The position numbers were made by a program, and so were the translations under genes. The notes beneath the pieces are model-generated. The model worked only from the letters and a program-made list of their open reading frames with translations, was not told the DNA's origin and made no database searches. Of a DNA stretch of 64,000 nucleotides, positions 56,231 through 64,000 are shown in pieces. Within the stretch, counting starts at the first letter, position 1, and the number at the start of each line of letters is the position of its first letter. This DNA comes from Macrostomum hystrix (taxonomy: Eukaryota; Animalia; Platyhelminthes): positions 3,286,001 through 3,350,000 of the forward strand of contig CATNEN010000024.1 of assembly GCA_950097015.1 (NCBI GenBank), read 5' to 3'.

Positions 56231-59029
56231 TAGTATACCGCGCTATAAAAAACATCCGACCCTATAACGATAAAATACCTGACCTCCCTGCTTTGATCTA
56301 AGGCCAGCCGCCTCGACTAAAAATTAAATAAAAAAACTAAATTCATGCACTATTTACAGCTGAAGCTCGCCGTTTTGTAAAAATTATGAAGGGAATTTCG
56401 CCCTTTATAGTTATTTTTCGGGTCGTTTTTTATTTAAATATTTTGGTAATTTTCATTTTTCGCGATAGTAATATTTAAATAACAAAAATTATTCTGCCGC
56501 CTAAGCTGAACTGTTGCTGTTATATTTGTGGTTTATAAAGCAATTGTACTCGTTGGTATAGTTTATATTAATTGATGAGATAATACACAAGCTTATTATA
56601 TCAGTCTAATACTTAACCCGAATTCTATATCCGTTGACATTTTAAATTTGACTAACATCTTCGTTTTTTCTAAGAAAAAAATATTTGAATGTATTTAATA
56701 AGATTAAAATTTAGGAATATGAAGTAGTTAGACTAATTGTGCTTCAAAAAAGAAAAATAAAGTTTCTTGTGCTTTTTGCGCTACTAACAGTAGTCGGATT
56801 GTAATAAATTGTCTTTTCTAACAAAATATGAGCGAAATTCCGTTTTGTTATTTACATTTTGTGTTGTTAATATGCGGTGTATTGTGCGCTGTTATTCTCC
56901 ATAGTTTATCTCACCTTCCTCGCCTCTGACCTTGATATCCAGCAAACACCATAGTAATTAGTTACTCAATAGTCTACAAAACTATCAGTGTAATTACATG
57001 TTCGATTACTTTATTATCCAGTAAGCTTGTTTAGTTTTACTTTTAGCCTTGACCTAATTGCCGTCAGTTCTCTTGGCAACTAAATTTGCTGTTGAATTAG
57101 TGACGCACATTTCGGCTGTTCATTATTTTCCGTACAGTTTATTGTTTTTTTAACGCATCTAAATTCAAGATTCCCAATTAAACTTTGGTTTTCGACCCTG
57201 AAATATTTCTTTTGATCTTACATTCTTTTTTGTTCATTGTTATTTGTAAATTTCTAGCGTCTAAATTTGTTAAAACGTAACAACAATAAAACCATGCAGT
57301 TGTTGCCTATAAACTATAATTAGCTAATTGTCAAACAGTTGCTGTTCAAAATCGAGCCGACCAGTGTGACTCCTGTGCGTTGTGTGAATATATTATTTAA
57401 TTATGATCATACCGATGATGTCACTGGTAATCTTGAAACTATTGTGGACTTGTTGACATAGGTAACAAAGCTGATAAAATGAGAGAGCCGGTTAAAGTAC
57501 ACCCAGCTTAAATGAGCCAGAAACAAAAAAGTGCATAAATTCAAGATTCCTACGAATCTCATAGACGATTGCATGTAATTTGGAAGCTGTGTCACCTATG
57601 GATTGCTACAATTTGCTAAGGGCACATGCTAAGGCACCTCTAATCCCTGGGCACATGTTATCTTAAAAGTACAGATTAGCTGTTGCACCTCGGGTTTATC
57701 TGATCGATCTAAAAATTACTAAACCACCTACTCCAAACTGCATAAATTATAGCATCGAATATCCATATGTACTTTTTGATTCGAATGTACTTTTTGACAA
57801 GCAGCTCGCAACTTGCTCCTAAACGGTCATGTGCCGTCGAGAGCTGTACACTCCAGCAATAGTAAAGCTGCGAAAGTTTTTTCTTCCGTTTTGGGCGAAC
57901 TGCGATCGGCATCTCAGTTCAAGGCAGCTGGGGGCGTGAGTGAAAATGCAACCGCACTCGTGTAAGCTAAAAAAGGGCTTTAGCCACGGATTTGGGAACA
58001 GCCATGCTGGATTATTGACCACTGATGACATTTGCCTTCGCTGGCGTCCTCTGAGCCATCCATCAGACCTGGAAACCGCTTGCACTGTTCCAAGCACTTG
58101 TTTCAAAGATCAGGTCTTTGTTGCACCATACTTGGCCACCTGGTGTTAAAATTTAACCTTTTAATCCCATCTTCTGGTCAAACATTTTTGTACAGTTGGT
58201 CTTATCGATCTTTTCGAGTTTTCGATCTTCGCAGCTTGTCGTCCGTTTTCGTTTATGAAAAGCCGTTGCTATGACCACGCGAAGCTGTACTGAAAAAATT
58301 CGCACTTGTCGAGATTTCGCTCTTCCCAATGGAAACTGTTTCTAAGAAAATGATTCCCTAGCGCTTGCAGTTCGGGTTGATAGCAGGACAAGCAATGCCG
58401 CCGCCTGCATGACCTTCGTTGGTTTATAGTCACCGAAAGAGAGTTGGAGCGATCGCTTTGCGCGTTGGGCACCGCGGCCGTGACCCCGCGACATTGAAGT
58501 GGTCCCATCGCGACTAGCAACAGCTGCAGGTGGATAGACCGGTTCACGACCAAATATAGAATGCAAAGGAGTTCGCGTAGGATGCCCAGAGCGTTTTTAT
58601 AATGCCAAACTCCCCCTGTTTCCCTGTCGAGGTGAAAGTGTATTGCCTGGCGGGTGCATGCATGCAGTTTCATCGATCCCAGTCTGCTCCTCCGCTGATG
58701 TAGGCGTGTTGGCATATTTCTAGATTGTGTTTATATATTTACTTCCTTGCCTAGCAGTCAGCTCTGGGACTGTAGCAGAGCTATCGCGGTGCAAATGCTG
58801 GTGGGCGCCGGTGCCAGTTTGGGCCAGATTAAATTGCGCTTCCTCTCTATCACTCTCTATCCGTCTAGGCAATGCCTACCAATGTCAAAAAACCGTTAAA
58901 TGAATGCTTTCGAAATGAGGCTTGCCTTTTTATTCTTCCTGCTATAAGATGGCGGCACCGACCATTCTTTATGGTATTTATATCTTGGAAGGTGGAATGG
59001 TGGAATAACAATTCTGCTATGCTTGCTTC

Positions 59030-60390
59030 TGTTTACACATATGCTTCATCTCTGTTTACACCTGTGCTTCATCTCTGCTTGCACCTGTGCTTCACTAGTG
59101 TTTACACCTGTGCTTCACTAGTGTTTACACCTGTGCTTCACTAGTGTTTACACCTGTGCTTCACTAGTGTTTACACCTGTGCTTCACTAGTGTTTACACC
59201 TGTGCTTCACTAGTGTTTACACCTGTGCTTCACTAGTGTTTACACCTGTGCTTCACTAGTGTTTACACCTGTGCTTCACTAGTGTTTACACCTGTGCTTG
59301 ATCTCTGTTTGCACCTGTGCTTCATCTCTGCTTGCACCTGTGCTTCACTAGTTACACCTGTGCTTCACTAGTGTTTACACCTGTGCTTCACTAGTGTTTA
59401 CACCTGTGCTTGATCTCTGTTTGCACCTGTGCTTCATCTCTGCTTGCACCTGTGCTTCACTAGTTACACCTGTGCTTCACTAGTGTTTACACCTGTGCTT
59501 CACTAGTGTTTACACCTGTGCTTGATCTCTGCTTGCACCTGTGCTTGATCTCTGCTTGCACCTGTGCTTGATCTCTGCTTGCACCTGTGCTTCACCAGTG
59601 TTTACACCTGTGCTTCATCTCTGCTTGCACCTGTGCTTCACTAGTTACACCTGTGCTTCACTAGTGTTTACACCTGTGCTTCATCTCTGCTTGCACCTGA
59701 GCTTCACCAGTGTTTGCACCTGTGCTTCATCTCTGCTTGCACCTGTGCTTCACCAGTGTTTACACCTGTGCTTCATCTCTGCTTGCACCTGTGCTTCACC
59801 AGTGTTTACACCTGTGCTTCATCTCTGCTTGCACCTGTGCTTCACTAGTTACACCTGTGCTTCACTAGTTACACCTGTGCTTCACTAGTTACACCTGTGC
59901 TTCACTAGTGTTTACACCTGTGCTTCATCTCTGCTTGCACCTGAGCTTCACCAGTGTTTGCACCTGTGCTTCACCTGTGTTTACACCTGTGCTTCATCTC
60001 TGCTTGCACCTGTGCTTCACTAGTTACACCTGTGCTTCACTAGTTACACCTGTGCTTCACTAGTTACACCTGTGCTTCACTAGTGTTTACACCTGTGCTT
60101 CATCTCTGCTTGCACCTGAGCTTCACCAGTGTTTGCACCTGTGCTTCACCTGTGTTTACACCTGTGCTTCATCTCTGTTTACACCTGTGCTTCATCTCTG
60201 CTTGCACCTGTGCTGCATCTCTGCTTGCACCTGTGCTTCACCAGTGTTTGCACCTGTGCTTCACCTGTGTTTACACCTGTGCTTCATCTCTGTTTACACC
60301 TGTGCTTCATCTCTGCTTGCACCTGTGCTTCATCTCTGCTTGCACCTGTGCTTCATCTCTGCTTACACCTGTGCTTCACCAGTGTTTGAT
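59030..60390. repeat. 21/23-bp minisatellite with two alternating unit types
   Basis: CACCTGTGCTTCACTAGTGTTTA and CACCTGTGCTTCATCTCTGCTTG. Confidence 0.97.
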
Positions 60391-61179
60391 AATGTACTTC
60401 TCAATCTTAATCTTCTCTGCAAAGCTAACCAGCTTTGAATGTATACAGACTCGAACCAGCGCAGTTGATGATCGATGCTTTTCCGAGTTCCCTTTCGAGC
60501 TCTCCCACCAGTCCTCAGCGCCAAGTGAGCCCTAGTTTCATAAGGAAATTAGTCGACCGGTCCAACCTTAAAGAGTTCAAGGAAATAGGAAATCCAAAAC
60601 TACAAAAGTTTTACTTGGCTCGCAGAGAGTAAGCAAAACTGCTTCGCAGAGTCTTTGGCCCGGAAAAAAGGAAATGGACAGAAATTCTCTTCGTTTCCCC
60701 TTTCTTTCGGTCAGAAACAGTCCCTACTAAAGGTTCTTGCCGGGTTGCATCGAAAAAAACTGTTTACTTCACCGAAATTTCCCCTCTTTTAAAAAACGCA
60801 TCCATGGCATTTCTAACGAGAAGCTCACCAGTTTCCATCGTTCCTCAGTTTACGATTTTTAGGCCGATTAAATTCGGCCACATAGATAAGGCTAGAAGAG
60901 AGATAGCAGCAGTCACTGCTGGGATTGCCTGGGGAAACAGTACTGCAGTGGAGGGTAATAAAATGACTGCGATTGTTTGATAAGCGAGACCAAGCGATTC
61001 ATCATCATCATCATTCAGATTACAATGTGGCAATCTAAGTGTATATTTATATACGAGAGTCCAAATAGCCCAATCTGGCAGTTCTGTTTAATTGAAGGGC
61101 TTTGCAGATACGAAATTCGCTGCATTAGATAACCGTTTTTCGGTACATTTAGGACTACCAATCGAAAACTGAAGCTGGA

Positions 61180-62915
61180 ATCACAGCTGGATACGAAGCT
61201 AGATTTGCAGCTGGATTCAAAGCTGGATTTGCAGCTGGATTCAAAGCTAGATTTGCAGCTGGATTCAAAGCTGGATTTGCAGCTGGATTCAAAGCTGGAT
61301 TTGCAGCTGGATTCAAAGCTGGATTTGCAGCTGGATTCAAAGCTAGAATCGCAGCTGGATTCAAAGCTGGAATCGCAGCTGGATTCAAAGCTGGATTTGC
61401 AGCTGGATTCAAAGCTAGATTTGCAGCTGGATTCAAGGCTAGATTTGCAGCTGGATTCAAAGCTAGATTTGCAGCTGGATTCAAGGCTAGATTTGCAGCT
61501 GGATTCAAAGCTAGATTTGCAGCTGGATTCAAAGCTAGATTTGCAGCTGGATACGAAGCTGGATTTGCAGCTGGATTCAAAGCTGGATTTGCAGCTGGAT
61601 TCAAGGCTAGATTTGCAGCTGGATTCAAAGCTGGAATCGCAGCTGGATTCAAAGCTGGATTTGCAGCTGGATACGAAGCTAGATTTGCAGCTGGATTCAA
61701 AGCTGGATTTGCAGCTGGATTCAAAGCTAGATTTGCAGCTGGATTCAAAGCTAGATTTGCAGCTGGATACGAAGCTAGATTTGCAGCTGGATTCAAAGCT
61801 GGATTTGCAGCTGGATACGAAGCTAGATTTGCAGCTGGATTCAAAGCTAGAATCGCAGCTGGATTCAAAGCTAGATTTGCAGCTGGATTCAAAGCTAGAT
61901 TTGCAGCTGGATTCAAAGCTAGAATCGCAGCTGGATTCAAAGCTAGATTTGCAGCTGGATTCAAAGCTAGATTTGCAGCTGGATTCAAAGCTGGATTTGC
62001 AGCTGGATTCAAAGCTGGATTTGCAGCTGGATTCAAAGCTAGATTTGCAGCTGGATACGAAGCTAGATTTGCAGCTGGATTCAAAGCTGGATTTGCAGCT
62101 GGATTCAAAGCTGGATTTGCAGCTGGATTCAAAGCTGGATTTGCAGCTGGATTCAAAGCTAGATTTGCAGCTGGATTCAAGGCTAGATTTGCAGCTGGAT
62201 TCAAAGCTAGATTTGCAGCTGGATTCAAGGCTAGATTTGCAGCTGGATTCAAAGCTGGAATCGCAGCAGGATTCGAAGCTGGAATCGCAGCAGTATTCAA
62301 AGCTGGAATCGCAGCAGGAGTCAAAGATAGAATCGCAGCTGGATTCAAAGCTGGAATCGCAGCAGGATTCGAAGCTGGAATCGCAGCAGTATTCAAAGCT
62401 GGAATCGCAGCAGGAGTCAAAGATAGAATCGCAGCTGGATTCAAAGCTGGAATCGCAGCTGGATTCAAAGCTGGAATCGCAGCTGGATTCAAAGCTGGAA
62501 TCGCAGCTGGATTCAAAGCTGGAATCGCAGCAGGAGTCAAAGCTGGAATCGCAGCTGGATTCAAAGCTAGATTTGCAGCTGGATTCAAGGCTAGATTTGC
62601 AGCTGGATTCAAAGCTGGAATCGCAGCAGGAGTCAAAGATAGAATCGCAGCTGGATTCAAAGCTGGAATCGCAGCTGGATTCAAAGCTGGAATCGCAGCT
62701 GGATTCAAAGCTGGAATCGCAGCTGGATTCAAAGCTGGAATCGCAGCAGTATTCAAAGATAGAATCGCAGCTGGATTCAAAGATAGAATCGCAGCTGGAT
62801 TCAAAGCTAGAATCGCAGCTGGATTCAAAGCTAGAATCGCAGCAGTATTCAAAGATAGAATCGCAGCTGGATTCAAAGCTAGAATCGCAGCTGGATTCAA
62901 AGCTGGAATCACAGC
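61180..62915. repeat. 24-bp (2x12) minisatellite
   Basis: Unit GCTGGATTCAAAGCT(A/G)GA(TTT/ATC)GCA. GATTTG units predominate on the left and GAATCG units on the right. Confidence 0.97.
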
Positions 62916-63942
62916 TGGTGCCATTGCTAGCAATTATATTAGCTGGAGCCATTGCTGGAACAATTTTTTAGAAGCAGCTACCACTTTATTGTTATATGGC
63001 TAGATTTGATGCACTTTTAGCAAATGGAATTGCCATGAAATAAATATGACTCAGATTATGACTATATCAAAGTGGCTACTTTCGCTAAGGCTATGTATTT
63101 TGTTCGTAAATGATTTAGTGCGAATGGTTGGCCTAGACCGAAAAATTGAATTTTAATGAGCAGTTTAACAATTTCGAGGGCGCAAAAAGGATTGCTATAA
63201 GTACAACTGCACTGGAGACTAAACTCATAGCTGGTACATCCGGTTTCAATTATTCAATCGTTGAAAGGACACTGAAATTGATGATTGAACTGCTGGTGAG
63301 AAAGTGAATAAAATGTCAAGAAACTAAAAGTGATAGAGCAGAAAAGTGCAAGCTGAGAGTGCCCTGCTTGGCTTGGTTCAGGAGGTGCTCAAATTGAGAT
63401 GCCTCCCCCCTCCTCTTACTCGCCTAGTGCAGGCTGGGTCGAGTGTGTGGAAATCAATTTCTCAGAGCTCTTTCAGGCCTTTCCTAGCGGTCTCGGCAGC
63501 AGCAGCAGCAGCAGCAGCAGCAGCTGCATCGCGTCAACTCCCCTAACTAACTTGTCGCCAAATTTCACAAAAATGGCGAGACGCAGAGGAGGGGAATGAC
63601 GGAGGCGCCAAAGCATAATTGGTGGCTCCAGTCAATACCGACCCCTTTATCCCAGAACTGTCAAGCAAGAACTCACGGCTACTGCTTGCTTGCCGCAATC
63701 CCGTCTCATTAATTATTAATTACGCATAATGCGGCGACAGAAACGCACCTGCGTGTTTTTTAGAATCTCGATTTGAGACAGAAGGGGAGATGGGAATCGA
63801 GAAGGATAAGGATCAGGACAGAAGCCTTTCGGAATAGTTTTAATTAGTGGAAATCTGCTTATTTGCTGGCCGGGACAGCGACAATACTGACTCGCCATGT
63901 ACTTTTATACAGGCCATTTTACCTTTTGCAGGGTTTGGTCCT

Positions 63943-64000
63943 CTGGTCCCTGAGCTCGATTCAGCAGCGAGGCCACATTCATTTGGGCTCGCAGCCGCGG
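63943..64000 (+). mobile_element. SINE family A head fragment at the window edge
   Basis: GGTCCCTGAGCTCGATTCAGCAGCGAGGCCACATTCATTTGGGCTCGCAGCCGCGG. Confidence 0.82.

Noticed and set aside
63346-63599. GCA-repeat segment as a signal-peptide exon
   Set aside because: The minus-strand MQLLLLLLLLPRPLGKA stops after 17 codons, and no consistent splice model was found.

Overview
Intron-rich eukaryotic (animal) genomic DNA, not prokaryotic. GT-AG introns, an interstitial (TTAGGG)n tract, GC-rich exons and about 25 locus-specific minisatellite arrays suggest an invertebrate. The architecture resembles the flatworm Macrostomum, but that is an inference and cannot be proven from this window. Six spliced genes can be reconstructed by hand with consistent exon phases: a DHX35-like DEAH helicase (+), a divergent BTB-Kelch protein (+), an otopetrin proton channel (+), a CREBL2-like bZIP protein with a poly-Q tail (-), glycine dehydrogenase GLDC (12 exons, -) and TMEM115 (+, head-to-head with GLDC). 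Mobile DNA includes a tRNA-headed SINE with an (ATT)n tail (8 copies or fragments), a CORE-type SINE (3 pieces), a 623-bp MITE with a 9-bp TSD, a 3-kb foldback-like inverted repeat and a decayed LINE fragment. Four observations stand out. (1) An intron whose 5' splice site is supplied by the antisense tail of a SINE and which is bounded by an 11-bp direct repeat, a candidate for SINE-driven intron gain. (2) Minisatellites that start next to splice sites or stop codons and often carry splice-signal sequences. (3) Two sharply bounded CpG-depleted, TAGGCCTA-rich domains at gene 5' ends. (4) The foldback element. Most long ORFs in the supplied track are tandem-repeat artefacts. All gene models and counts were made by eye.
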